Notes under the pieces: generated by a model
Seen by the model: the letters and a program-made list of their open reading frames with translations, nothing else
Told to the model about the DNA's origin: nothing
Databases searched by the model: none
Source: an uncultured delta proteobacterium
GTDB lineage: Bacteria; Desulfobacterota; Syntrophia; Syntrophales; UBA2192
Assembly (NCBI GenBank): GCA_963705165.1
Contig: CAVPJD010000007.1
Coordinates: 19,194 to 83,193 of the forward strand
Reading direction: 5' to 3'
DNA length: 64,000 nt
Shown: positions 19,177 through 28,735 of the stretch, piece after piece
Layout: each line of letters starts with the position of its first letter
Position numbering within the stretch: position 1 is the stretch's first letter
Made by a program: the position numbers and the translations under genes

Positions 19177-20322
19177 TCAGGCAAAAACGCTCAGCGTCTG
19201 CCCATCCCCATACAATTCTTCCCGGAGGCACTCTTCCATCGCCTCCCGGACACCGCTGTCCGCTGAGACGACAAGTTTCGCCACATGGTAGCCCGCCTCG
19301 ATGAGATGCTTTTCCAGTTCCGGCAGCAGCCCGGAAACAAAGGATGCGACGGGCTCCCTTTCGCAACAAATCCGGACGGTCGCCTCTTTTGCGCGAAAGT
19401 GCGCCTGGGCTATCACGTCACCCAGGGCATCCATCTCGAGGGCAAAGACCACCTGGAAAGCCTCTTTTTTATCCCCCTTACCGCGGCGCCATTCTTCATC
19501 GCGGATGAAAATATCCGCTTTCCCCAGGAGGCCTGGCAGGATGAGGGGGATCTGGATGAGAAGCTTCCCCTCGGTCTGCTGGAAGTGCACGTTGAGAACC
19601 TGTTGGCTCTCAATGGCCCGAACGGTCCTTTCCAGGGCCGGGGCGAGCTCCTGGATCGTCTTCGCGTCGGCGGGTTGGATTTCCGCTGATTGGAGCTTCG
19701 CCTGGAATTCCTCGAGAACCTTCATCAAGCCCGCCTTGAGGCCGGCCTGCGAGGGAACCGGGTTGGAACCGGGGCTCTCCAGAGCCTTTCTCAGATCGCC
19801 CTCGAGCGAGAGCCCCAGAGACCGGACGGCATCGCGCAGCGAAAAGCCCCTTTCGATCTGCTCCCGGCCCAGCATGGCCGATGAAAGCGCATCGAGGAAA
19901 ACGGCCAGGTTGTCGCGACCCGCAAGGCGGGAGAAGTCGGCACCCCGCATGCCGCCGACGATCTCGGCAAGCTCAGCGAGGCTCTGCGTGAGCGCGCCGG
20001 GGTTGGACCGGAAAACCCGCAGATGCTCTGCGGTGATGCGCTCTTCGGGCGGGGGCGCAACCGACAGCAAAACCCTGGGGTTCAGGCTGTCCACCCGAAG
20101 CATCATCGCCTGCCCCGGCCGCAGGGTTGGCTCCGCCTCCGCCGTGAGAAGGTTCTGGCCGATGCGGATGATGAACCTGCCGTCCTCCAGCCTCTCCATC
20201 ACACGGGCCTCCACCGTCTGCCCGACGGACAGGCCGGTTGAAGGCTGCTGCGCAAGCTTGATTTGCAGGACAGGGTCAACGAGCGGTTTGAAGACAGGCG
20301 GGAAATGGACGCCGGAGGGCAT
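19177..20322 (-). CDS. FliK-like protein (hook-length control C-terminal domain), second copy
   Basis: C-terminal FALEMDALGDV..LPELEKHLIEAGY..LSVFA; adjacent to the FlhX-like gene. Confidence 0.7.
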   Translation of the reverse strand: MPSGVHFPPVFKPLVDPVLQIKLAQQPSTGLSVGQTVEARVMERLEDGRFIIRIGQNLLTAEAEPTLRPGQAMMLRVDSLNPRVLLSVAPPPEERITAEHLRVFRSNPGALTQSLAELAEIVGGMRGADFSRLAGRDNLAVFLDALSSAMLGREQIERGFSLRDAVRSLGLSLEGDLRKALESPGSNPVPSQAGLKAGLMKVLEEFQAKLQSAEIQPADAKTIQELAPALERTVRAIESQQVLNVHFQQTEGKLLIQIPLILPGLLGKADIFIRDEEWRRGKGDKKEAFQVVFALEMDALGDVIAQAHFRAKEATVRICCEREPVASFVSGLLPELEKHLIEAGYHVAKLVVSADSGVREAMEECLREELYGDGQTLSVFA

Positions 20323-20804
20323 CAGCGGCCGTCACTTCTGCGGCGGGCAAGGTCAAGAATGAGGCTGACCTCCCCTTCCGTAAGCCCGAGGCTGTCGGCG
20401 ATCTCGGCCGGCGTAAACCCCTGATCGGCGAGCCGGATCACCTCGCCGTTCCTCTTGCCGGGGAGGGCCTCTTCCAGGACGGCGCTTGTTTTGTCGAGCC
20501 TGTCGATGTGGGAGGATGCCTGCGTCATGAGGCGCTTCAGGCGGTCTTCCTTTTCGTCGATCGACAGGGATACGTCCCGGAGTGCCTTTCGGCTTTCCTC
20601 CATCGCCTGCATCAGGCTCGTGGTGGCGTTCTGGGACTCCTGGATGAGCCGCCCCAGTTCAGACATGGCTTTCGGATCGATCGTCGACTTTCGTCTTTTC
20701 AATTCCCGATTGACCCGGCTGAGGATGAAAATGACGGCAATACACAGCACGAGGTCGGCCGCGACCTGAATGGCAAAAAAAACCTGGGGATTGATGTCGG
20801 TCAT
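20322..20804 (-). CDS. Membrane-anchored coiled-coil protein with C-terminal HTH-like motif (SwrB/DUF2802-like)
   Basis: N-terminal TM helix, coiled coil, VIRLADQGFTPAEIADSLGLTEGEVSLIL. Confidence 0.6.
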   Translation of the reverse strand: MTDINPQVFFAIQVAADLVLCIAVIFILSRVNRELKRRKSTIDPKAMSELGRLIQESQNATTSLMQAMEESRKALRDVSLSIDEKEDRLKRLMTQASSHIDRLDKTSAVLEEALPGKRNGEVIRLADQGFTPAEIADSLGLTEGEVSLILDLARRRSDGR

Positions 20805-21055
20805 GGTTATGAAACGCCGCTTCTCGCCGTGCTGCCGGCAGGGTGTCTTCGGCCAGGATCATCGAGGGTTCGAATAGATCTGCCGCCGATTATGAGAAGT
20901 TAGGAAGTCAGGAAGAGCAGAAGATCGGCGAAAAACGAAAGACACGTTGATTTCCGCTCTTCCTCGCTTCCGATCTTCCGATTTTCACACTCAGCAGGGC
21001 ATCGGATGCTCATTTGCTATTAGATCGTATCGAGGGCATCTGCAGCGGAGGGCCG

Positions 21056-21376
21056 CTAGGCGCGGATGTTGATCCTGCCCCCCATCCCCTCCTCAAGAGG
21101 TGTTTCCTCCGGAGGGTTCTGTCGGGGCTTGTCCTCCGCATTCTGATGATCCCGGGTCATCTTGCGCTTCCGCTCCCGTTCCTCCTCGCGCTGGATCCGG
21201 GCCTTCTCGGTCTCATCCGATTCCTTGACCTTCTCCTTGAGGAGCTTCTTCTCCTCGCTTGCATGCAGGGCAATGTAGCGCTGCTGGAGGTCAGACTGCT
21301 GCTGTTGCGCCTGCTGGAGTCTCTCCACCGACGTCGTCTGAATCAGGACCTGTTGTACATCGACCGCCCTCAACAT
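21056..21376 (-). CDS. Hypothetical flagellum-associated protein (Gln/charge-rich, C-terminal GGRINIRA)
   Basis: GGAGG SD before ATG; in-operon position; FliK-like terminal motif. Confidence 0.65.
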   Translation of the reverse strand: MLRAVDVQQVLIQTTSVERLQQAQQQQSDLQQRYIALHASEEKKLLKEKVKESDETEKARIQREEERERKRKMTRDHQNAEDKPRQNPPEETPLEEGMGGRINIRA

Positions 21377-21574
21377 AACCGGATCACCTCCTCCGGGACG
21401 GTTTACCCTTGGGCAGCAGCAATCGGGGCCTTCAGAAGAGTTCTTCCGGAGTCCCTGCTTATGCAATCGACGGATCAGTCCGTAATCTTTAATCCCGCCG
21501 TGCTGTTTATGTTAATGAGCCTGTGATGAATCTTCTTTTTTCCGGACCCTGGACCCTTTACCCTGCACCCTTCT

Positions 21575-22399
21575 TTATCTTCGCGCCGCCTTCTTACGCA
21601 TTCCAACGGACTTACAGGGAATTTCGACGGAGAAGATATTGATCCCCGCCTCGTGGCCGATCTCAAAGGTCGCGTCGTACTTGCGAACGAGAGAAATCGC
21701 CAGCAGAAGCCTCGAGGCCCTCTCGTCCTTCAATCCCTGTCCCGGACGTCCTTTCAGGATCGCTTCTTTCAGTTCAGCCGGCAGCGGCCTGCCGGTGTCC
21801 TGAAACTTGAGGATGACGTGGCCGTTGCGGCGTGTCGTGGAGACGAAGAACTCCTTCACGGGACTCTCCCTCATGGCCTCCATCGCGTAGCGCACCCACG
21901 TGGAGATGAACATGGAGTAGTCGGCGGGGGAGCCGCTCACTTCGTGCAAATCCCCGTCGAGATCCATGATCTTCTTCACGTTGTGCTTGAAATCGAGGTA
22001 GAAATCGAAAAACCGTATCTCGTTCTCCACGAGTTCCGAGATGTTGACCTGCTGCATGTTGCGGTCGCCGATGGCGTAAAACTTCCCCGAAACGTGTTTG
22101 AAGAGGTCGAAGAGCCGGTCCGACTCATGGGTGATGAGTTCGATGTCCTTGAGCAGCTTCGCGTGATCCTCCGAAAGGATGCGTTCCGCCTCCGGGAATG
22201 CCTCGCGGGTCTTGCGGATCGCTTCCTCGAGACGCCGCTGGAGAAGCCGTGTGCGGCCGATGATCCCGTTGAGGGGATTGGCGAAGTTGTGCAGGATCCC
22301 CGGGATGAGCTCCTCGATGAACGTGCCTTCGAACTCCCGCTCCAGGAACCGGTAAACATCGGCTTCCCGCGTTTCCTTCACTTCCTTGGGCTTGATCAT
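21575..22399 (-). CDS. Sensorless histidine-kinase-like protein (DHp plus degenerate HATPase)
   Basis: H-box GILHNFANPLNGIIG; FQDTGRP G1 remnant; no N-box Asn and no GxGLGL. Confidence 0.7.
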   Translation of the reverse strand: MIKPKEVKETREADVYRFLEREFEGTFIEELIPGILHNFANPLNGIIGRTRLLQRRLEEAIRKTREAFPEAERILSEDHAKLLKDIELITHESDRLFDLFKHVSGKFYAIGDRNMQQVNISELVENEIRFFDFYLDFKHNVKKIMDLDGDLHEVSGSPADYSMFISTWVRYAMEAMRESPVKEFFVSTTRRNGHVILKFQDTGRPLPAELKEAILKGRPGQGLKDERASRLLLAISLVRKYDATFEIGHEAGINIFSVEIPCKSVGMRKKAARR

Positions 22400-22490
22400 A
22401 TACTCCTTCTCCGCTTTCTACCGGGCGCCTTCGAAACTCCCTGAAGACCCGTATTCTTCTCTTACCTTCTTACCTTCTTACCCTCTTCTC

Positions 22491-22832
22491 CTACCGCCGG
22501 TTGTCGATGATCATATTCTGATTCTGAAGCATTTTCCATGCCTGCTCAACCTTTTCCTGTTCCGATCCGCCTTGCGTGGGGGCGGTGGGGGCGCCGGTGG
22601 AATAGATGACTGACGTGTTTCCTTCGGCATCCTTGACCTCCCTTACCCCGATCTGGTCAGAAGGGTTTCGCTCCTTCGCGGCCCGTTCCTGCTCGATCAT
22701 GGTCCGTATGGTCTCATCGCTCACTCCTGCCTTCTTGAGCTTGATGACCTCATCGGTCGTGAGGGCATGGGCCCAGCTGGCATGAAGTGCAATGATCATA
22801 ATGGCGAATGCAATTTTTACCAGTATTTTCAT
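22491..22832 (-). CDS. Small exported hypothetical protein
   Basis: Signal peptide ending AHA; LTTDEVIKLKKAGVSDETI motif. Confidence 0.7.
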   Translation of the reverse strand: MKILVKIAFAIMIIALHASWAHALTTDEVIKLKKAGVSDETIRTMIEQERAAKERNPSDQIGVREVKDAEGNTSVIYSTGAPTAPTQGGSEQEKVEQAWKMLQNQNMIIDNRR

Positions 22833-22878
22833 TTTCTTGCCCCCTGTACCCTTGACCCTTAACCCTGTACCCTGTTTT

Positions 22879-23520
22879 TTATATCAGCACATACCGGGTG
22901 ATGTAAATGTCCTTCAGCGCGCCCTCACCCAGGAGATCCCGGAGCTCTTCGCGCATCTGCTTCTTGAACCTCTCGCCGGAACTGGAGACCCGGATCAGTT
23001 CAAGGCCTTTCTTCTTGGCCGACATGTAAATGATCTTACGGATCGCCACCTTCCGATCCTCAGTCAAGGTCACCTCCGACTGGAACTCGAGGGTGACGTC
23101 GCACTGGAGGAACCGGTATCGGCCCTGGGCGTCTTTGAGGTCGATGCTGAAATCGGCGAAGACGGCCTCGCGGACCACCGGGACCGCGGAGGCGGCCTGG
23201 CTCTTCTGCTCAGCGGCGATCCTCGCCGCTTCCTGCTTCTGGGTAAGAACGTAGACGACGGAAGCGCTCACAAGGAGAGCAACCGCGGCCCCGGCAGGCA
23301 CCAGCACTTTCCAACCCAGAAGGGATTTCCAGTTGAAGGCAACGTCGGGGCGTTTGAACCGACCCAGGGTGTTCCGCAGAAGATTCCGGAACCGGAAAGG
23401 CAGCGAACCCCGAACCTCGGGCGCCTGTCCCGGCTCCGTGCCGGATGCGGGGGGCGCGTCCTGCGGGGGGGCCGTCATCGCGTCCTGTTCCAGAAGATCA
23501 AGATCAACGCGTCTTGCCAT
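22879..23520 (-). CDS. FliL-family protein, second copy
   Basis: Single TM helix followed by FSIDL..RFLQCDVTLE..IRKIIY..KDIYITRYVLI. Confidence 0.8.
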   Translation of the reverse strand: MARRVDLDLLEQDAMTAPPQDAPPASGTEPGQAPEVRGSLPFRFRNLLRNTLGRFKRPDVAFNWKSLLGWKVLVPAGAAVALLVSASVVYVLTQKQEAARIAAEQKSQAASAVPVVREAVFADFSIDLKDAQGRYRFLQCDVTLEFQSEVTLTEDRKVAIRKIIYMSAKKKGLELIRVSSSGERFKKQMREELRDLLGEGALKDIYITRYVLI

Positions 23521-23532
23521 GGTCCTGCCTGC

Positions 23533-24243
23533 TTATCTCAAGTCCTTCACCCTGCCCCGCAGCCGCAGCACGGCCTGGGAGTGGAGCTGGCAGACCCGCG
23601 ATTCGGTGAGGCTGAGTACGCAGCCGATTTCCTTCATGTTGAGCTCTTCATAGTAGTAGAGCGACAGCACCAGCTTTTCCTTGTCGGGAAGCGCCTCGAT
23701 GGCGTCCTTGAGGATCTTCTTCACCTCGCCCCGGGCCAGCATCGACAGGGGAGAGCCCTGGTCCATCTTTTCCAGCACGTCGTAGGTGGCATACTTTTCA
23801 CAGTAGTCGGGCGGCAGATCCTCGCTCGAGAGAAGGGAAACCCCCGAGGCCTCGTCGAGGAGCTGATAGTAGTCCTCGAGCGGCAGGTCGAGAAACTCGG
23901 CCACTTCCATCTCGTCGGGCGGCCGGCCCAGCTGCTTCTGAAGGGCCCGCATCGCCTTCTCGATCCTGGCGTCCTTGTTCCGCGCCGATCGCGGCTGCCA
24001 GTCCCTCGCCCGAAGCTCGTCGAGAACCGCCCCGCGGATGCGGAAGCGCGCGTAGGTTTCGAACTGCACGTTACGCGTCTTGTCGAATTTCTCCAGGGCG
24101 GAGATCAGGCCGATGATTCCCACGTTGACGAGGTCATCGCGCTCGGCCACGTGATGGGGCACCTTGCAGGCGATCCTGTCGGCAATGCTCTTGACGAGGG
24201 GAGCGTATTTCAGAATCAGCTTGTCCCGTTCCTTCTTGTCCAC
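23533..24243 (-). CDS. fliA: Flagellar sigma factor sigma28
   Basis: LILKYAPLVKSIA..FETYARFRIRGAVLDELR..LSLYYYEELNMKEIG..ESRVCQLHSQA; GTG start after AAGGGA. Confidence 0.95.
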   Translation of the reverse strand: MDKKERDKLILKYAPLVKSIADRIACKVPHHVAERDDLVNVGIIGLISALEKFDKTRNVQFETYARFRIRGAVLDELRARDWQPRSARNKDARIEKAMRALQKQLGRPPDEMEVAEFLDLPLEDYYQLLDEASGVSLLSSEDLPPDYCEKYATYDVLEKMDQGSPLSMLARGEVKKILKDAIEALPDKEKLVLSLYYYEELNMKEIGCVLSLTESRVCQLHSQAVLRLRGRVKDLR

Positions 24244-24251
24244 GTCGTCCC

Positions 24252-25166
24252 TTATCCGCGTCCTTTGTCGACGATCGATTTCCAGAAGAACTTCAGGCTT
24301 CCCGACTCGCAGAACTCGGGCTGTAGCCTGCAGAGCTTGCGGGCGATGGACTGCAGGCACTTGCTCGCCCTGGAATCGGGGTAGATCTCCGCCAGGGCCT
24401 TCTGCTGCCTCACCGCATCGCTCACCCGGGTGTCGTCGAGGACGTAGCCCAGGTATTCGATGGAAAGGTTGAGGAAGTGGGAGGTGGCATTGCTCACCTT
24501 CAGGAATACCTCCCGGGCCTCGCTTGAATTCTTGACCCTGTTGGCGAGAAGCATGAAGCGCTTCTCCCCGTAGTTGCTGTAGAGGATCTTGATGAGCGCA
24601 TAGGCGTCCGTGATGGACGTGGGCTCCGGGGAAACGACGACGATGATCTCCCGGGCGGCTACGTTGAAGTAGATGACATTGCCGGCGATGCCCGCCGCCG
24701 TGTCGATGAGCAGGAAGTCAAACTCCCCGCCAAGCCCCCCCAGCTCATCGAGCAGGGCCAGCTTCTCCCCCTTCGAGAGCTCCGCCATTTCCTGGATTCC
24801 CGAGCTGGCCGGGAGGATATGCATGCCGCCGGGCCCTTTGAGGATCACGTCGGCCAGCGCCTTCTCCCCACTCAGGACATGGGAGAGATTGTACTTCGGG
24901 ACGATCCCCAGGATCACGTCGATGTTGGCCAGGCCCATGTCGGCATCGAGGATGAGGGTTTTTTTATTCATCTGCGAGAGATGCCAGGCCAGGTTGGTGG
25001 CGATGTTGGTCTTGCCCACGCCGCCCTTGCCGCTCGTGATGGCAATGACACGGATGGGCCGCTGGGTCAACTGCTCCTCCGCCGCGCTTCCCGGCAGGGG
25101 CGTTTTCGATCCGCTTTGTTCTTCCGAGGCTTTTTTCATTCGCCTGAGCATTGAAGCCTGATCCAA
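24252..25166 (-). CDS. flhG: MinD-like ATPase FlhG/FleN
   Basis: (M)DQASMLR; SGKGGVGKT; DADMGLANID; PEPTSITDAYA. Confidence 0.94.
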   Translation of the reverse strand: MDQASMLRRMKKASEEQSGSKTPLPGSAAEEQLTQRPIRVIAITSGKGGVGKTNIATNLAWHLSQMNKKTLILDADMGLANIDVILGIVPKYNLSHVLSGEKALADVILKGPGGMHILPASSGIQEMAELSKGEKLALLDELGGLGGEFDFLLIDTAAGIAGNVIYFNVAAREIIVVVSPEPTSITDAYALIKILYSNYGEKRFMLLANRVKNSSEAREVFLKVSNATSHFLNLSIEYLGYVLDDTRVSDAVRQQKALAEIYPDSRASKCLQSIARKLCRLQPEFCESGSLKFFWKSIVDKGRG

Positions 25167-25376
25167 GGGAAAATAACCTCCGGTTGATGACGTGTACTCT
25201 GCCGCTTTCGGCCTTTCGGCCTCCATCGAGAAGGTAAGAAGGTGAGAGGGTCAGAAGGTTGGATGAGTGGGCGCCACACCGTTCATCATCCTTTTTTTCG
25301 GGGCCTTCAACCCTTCATTCCCTGTCGTTTCCAGCTTCTTACCCTCTTAACTTCTTACCTTCTTACCTTCTATTTC

Positions 25377-26546
25377 TCAATGCAGTGTCCGGGTCATGAT
25401 GATCTTCGCCAGCCGGCCCGCGTCGATCTTCTCGATGTCCTGGGGAACGTTCTGGCCATTGGTCACATAGGAAACGGGTTTGCGCTCCTGATCGATCACG
25501 TTGTAGATCATGCCGAAATGGCGGCTCTCGTCGAGCTTGGTGAAGATGATCGACTGGTAACCGACCGGTTTGAACCGCGCCAGGTTCTCGGCAAGGTTGT
25601 CCTGGCTCGACGTCAGGGGCAGCAACAGATTGGTTTCCACGGGGTTCTCGATCTGGAAGAGGTCCCGCAGCTTTTCGATGTAGCCGGGCTCCACGGAGCT
25701 CTTGCCGGGCGTGTCCACCAGGATGAGATCCCGGTCCGACAGTTTCGCCAGGGCCCGCCTGAAGGCTGTCTTGTCGGAGACCACCTCGATGGGGATCTCC
25801 ATGATGCGGGCGTAGGTCTTGAGCTGCTCCACCGCTGCGATGCGGTAGGTATCCGTCGTGATGAGCCCCACCTTCAGCTTCTCCTCGAGGGCCGAGCGCG
25901 CGGCGATTTTTGCCAGCGTCGTCGTCTTTCCCGCGCCCGTGGGGCCCACGAAGGCGCAGATCCTTTTGCGCTCCGCGCTCCGGTAAGACAGGCCGATGGA
26001 GCGGGCCAGCAGCTTTTCGGCGACCCGGCACAGGCCTTCCTCGTCCTGCAGCTCCCCGGCCGTCAGGTTGCGGTTCAGCGTGCTGACCAGCAGGAAGGCC
26101 CTCGAGCGCGACACGCCGATGGAGACCATTTGATGATAGATCTTCAAGAGCGCCCCGGAGAGTTTCTCTTTGCGTTGGAAGCCCATGGTGTCGAAGAAGG
26201 TGTCGAGCATCTCCTTCATCTCCAGGAACTCCCCGTAGGGGAAGGGGCGCATGGCCGTCTCGGCGAGCCGCGTCTTGATCTCCTCCACGTCACGGCGCAG
26301 CGTGGAAGCCAGGGTCTCATCGTCGCCCCGTGCCGGCGCTGCCTGGGGAGCCCCTGCAGGCAGGGGGAGAGGCTTCTCGCGCCGTCCTTGCGGTCGCTCG
26401 TCCAGGGCGGCTGTCACCTCGAAAAGCGGGACCCGCCCGCTTCGGAGTTTTCGCGTTGAGAGCACCACGGCATCCGGCCCGAGCTCGTTCTTGATTTTCA
26501 AAAAGGCTTCCTGGGTGCTGGCGGCTTCGAAACGTTTGATCTGCAC
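25377..26546 (-). CDS. flhF: SRP-type GTPase FlhF
   Basis: GPTGAGKTTTLAK, DTYRIAAVEQL, TKLDE, GQNVPQDI. Confidence 0.95.
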   Translation of the reverse strand: MQIKRFEAASTQEAFLKIKNELGPDAVVLSTRKLRSGRVPLFEVTAALDERPQGRREKPLPLPAGAPQAAPARGDDETLASTLRRDVEEIKTRLAETAMRPFPYGEFLEMKEMLDTFFDTMGFQRKEKLSGALLKIYHQMVSIGVSRSRAFLLVSTLNRNLTAGELQDEEGLCRVAEKLLARSIGLSYRSAERKRICAFVGPTGAGKTTTLAKIAARSALEEKLKVGLITTDTYRIAAVEQLKTYARIMEIPIEVVSDKTAFRRALAKLSDRDLILVDTPGKSSVEPGYIEKLRDLFQIENPVETNLLLPLTSSQDNLAENLARFKPVGYQSIIFTKLDESRHFGMIYNVIDQERKPVSYVTNGQNVPQDIEKIDAGRLAKIIMTRTLH

Positions 26547-26550
26547 GGCC

Positions 26551-28620
26551 TTACTCCACGATCCCCAAAGATTTGATGTTCACATCGTGCGTGATTTCGT
26601 TGTGAGAGAGCACGATGATGTTCGGGAAAAATTTCTCCAATACCTTCCGGAAATGAATCCGGGCACCCGGCGAGCACAGCACGATGGGCTGCAGGCCCCG
26701 CGAGGTGAAGGTGCCGATGTACTTCTGGACGCTGCGGACGATCTTCTGCACCCAGTTCGGGTCCACCGTGAGGTAGGACTCGAACTCCGTGTGCTGGATG
26801 GAGTGGCTGATCTTCTCCTCGATCTCCGGCGAGAGCATCACCACGGTAATGTTGCCCTCGACGTCCCGGTACTGCTTCGTGATGGTCCGGGCCAGGGCCT
26901 GGCGCACGTAGCCCGTCAGGATGTCGATGTTCTTCGTGAGCGGCGCGTAATCGGCCAGCGTCTCCAGTACCGTCAGCAGGTCGCGGATGGAGATCCGCTC
27001 GCGAAGCAGCCGCTGCAGCACGCGGTGGATCGTCCCCGCGGAGACCACCTTCGGGACCAGTTCCTCGACCACCCTGGGGTAGGTCTTCGCAAGATTGTCG
27101 AGAAGCGACTGAACCTCCTGCCGCCCCAGCAGCTCGTCCGAATGGCTCTTGATGAGCTCTGTCAGATGCGTCGTCACCACCGTGGCGGGGTCCACGACGA
27201 CCACCCCGCGGGCCTGGACGCTTTCCTTTTCCTTCTCCGAGATCCACACGGCAGGCAATCCGAAAGCGGGCTCTTTCGTGTCGATGCCCTTGACCCTGGG
27301 GGTCTTGTCCGACGTGAGCGCCAGCCAGTGCCCGGGCATGAGCTCACCTCGGGAGATTTCAACGCCCTTCAGGATGACGGAATACTGGTTCGGCTTGAGC
27401 TGGAGGTTGTCCCGGATGTGGATGGCCGGGATGACAAATCCCATCTCCTGGGCCAGCTGACGGCGCAGCGACTTGATGCGCTGGAGCAATTCGCCCCCCT
27501 GGGCCATGTCGACGAAGCCGATGAGGCCGTAGCCCACCTCGATCTCCAGCAGGTCGAGCGGCAGCAGCGAGTCCACCGTCTCGATGGCCGAGGGCGGCAG
27601 GACTTCCTCTTCCAGGGCCTCCTCGGCGGGCACAGCCGCCTTCATGAGCCTGAAGGCCAGGAAACCCGCCGCTGCGGCGATGACGAAAAAAGAGAACTTG
27701 GGCATCCCGGGGATCAGCGCAAAGACGAAGAGGATGGCGGCAGCCGTGCCGATGACCTTCGGCTGCGCGAAGAGCTGATCCGTGATCTCCTGCCCGAGGT
27801 TGGACGATGAGGTGGAGCGTGTCACGAGCATACCGGCGGCCGTGGAGATGATCAGGGCCGGCACCTGCGTCACGAGTCCGTCACCGATGGTGAGCAGCGT
27901 GTAGTTGCGGGCCGCATCGGTGATGTCCATGCCCTGCTGCAGCACGCCGACGATGAGGCCGCCGACGATGTTGATGAAGATGATCACGACCCCGGCGACG
28001 GCGTCGCCGCGCACGAATTTGCTGGCACCGTCCATGGCGCCGTAGAAATCGGCTTCCCGCTCGATCTCGCCGCGCCGGCGCCGGGCATCGGCCTCGGAGA
28101 TGAGTCCGGTATTGAGGTCCGCGTCGATGCTCATCTGCTTGCCCGGCATGGCGTCGAGGGTAAACCGGGCCGCCACCTCGGCGATGCGGGTGGCGCCCTT
28201 GGTGATGACGACGAAGTTGATCAGGGTGAGCACCGCGAAGACGATGAGCCCCACCACGTAGTTTCCCCCCACGACAAAGGTCCCGAACGCCTTGATGACC
28301 TGGCCGGCAGCCCCGGTACCCTCGTTTCCGTGGAGCAGGATGAGCCGCGACGAGGCCACGTTGAGCGAGAGACGGAACAGGGTCACCGTCAGCAGGACGG
28401 AGGGAAAGACGGAGAATTCGAGCGGCTTCATGACGAACATGGACATGAGCAGGATCACGATGGAGAGCGTGATGCTCAGCGACAGCAGCAGGTCGATGAC
28501 CAGCGGCGGCAGGGGGATCACCATGACCATGAGGACGCCGATGACCCCGACGCCCATGAGGATTGCCGGGTTTGCTGCCCAGTGGGGCGGGGCCTGTGCT
28601 CTCTGTACCGCTTCAGCCAT
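26551..28620 (-). CDS. flhA: Flagellar export protein FlhA
   Basis: RIAEVAARFTLDAMPGKQMSIDADL; FYGAMDGASKFVRGDA. Confidence 0.97.
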   Translation of the reverse strand: MAEAVQRAQAPPHWAANPAILMGVGVIGVLMVMVIPLPPLVIDLLLSLSITLSIVILLMSMFVMKPLEFSVFPSVLLTVTLFRLSLNVASSRLILLHGNEGTGAAGQVIKAFGTFVVGGNYVVGLIVFAVLTLINFVVITKGATRIAEVAARFTLDAMPGKQMSIDADLNTGLISEADARRRRGEIEREADFYGAMDGASKFVRGDAVAGVVIIFINIVGGLIVGVLQQGMDITDAARNYTLLTIGDGLVTQVPALIISTAAGMLVTRSTSSSNLGQEITDQLFAQPKVIGTAAAILFVFALIPGMPKFSFFVIAAAAGFLAFRLMKAAVPAEEALEEEVLPPSAIETVDSLLPLDLLEIEVGYGLIGFVDMAQGGELLQRIKSLRRQLAQEMGFVIPAIHIRDNLQLKPNQYSVILKGVEISRGELMPGHWLALTSDKTPRVKGIDTKEPAFGLPAVWISEKEKESVQARGVVVVDPATVVTTHLTELIKSHSDELLGRQEVQSLLDNLAKTYPRVVEELVPKVVSAGTIHRVLQRLLRERISIRDLLTVLETLADYAPLTKNIDILTGYVRQALARTITKQYRDVEGNITVVMLSPEIEEKISHSIQHTEFESYLTVDPNWVQKIVRSVQKYIGTFTSRGLQPIVLCSPGARIHFRKVLEKFFPNIIVLSHNEITHDVNIKSLGIVE

Positions 28621-28735
28621 GAATCATCCTAAATCAGGGGACAGGGTTCAGGGTCCAGGGTACAGGGTCGGGAAAATACCAACCCGCAGCTTGAACTCTT
28701 GAATCCTGCCGTTGTTTTTCCGGTCTTGAACACAA

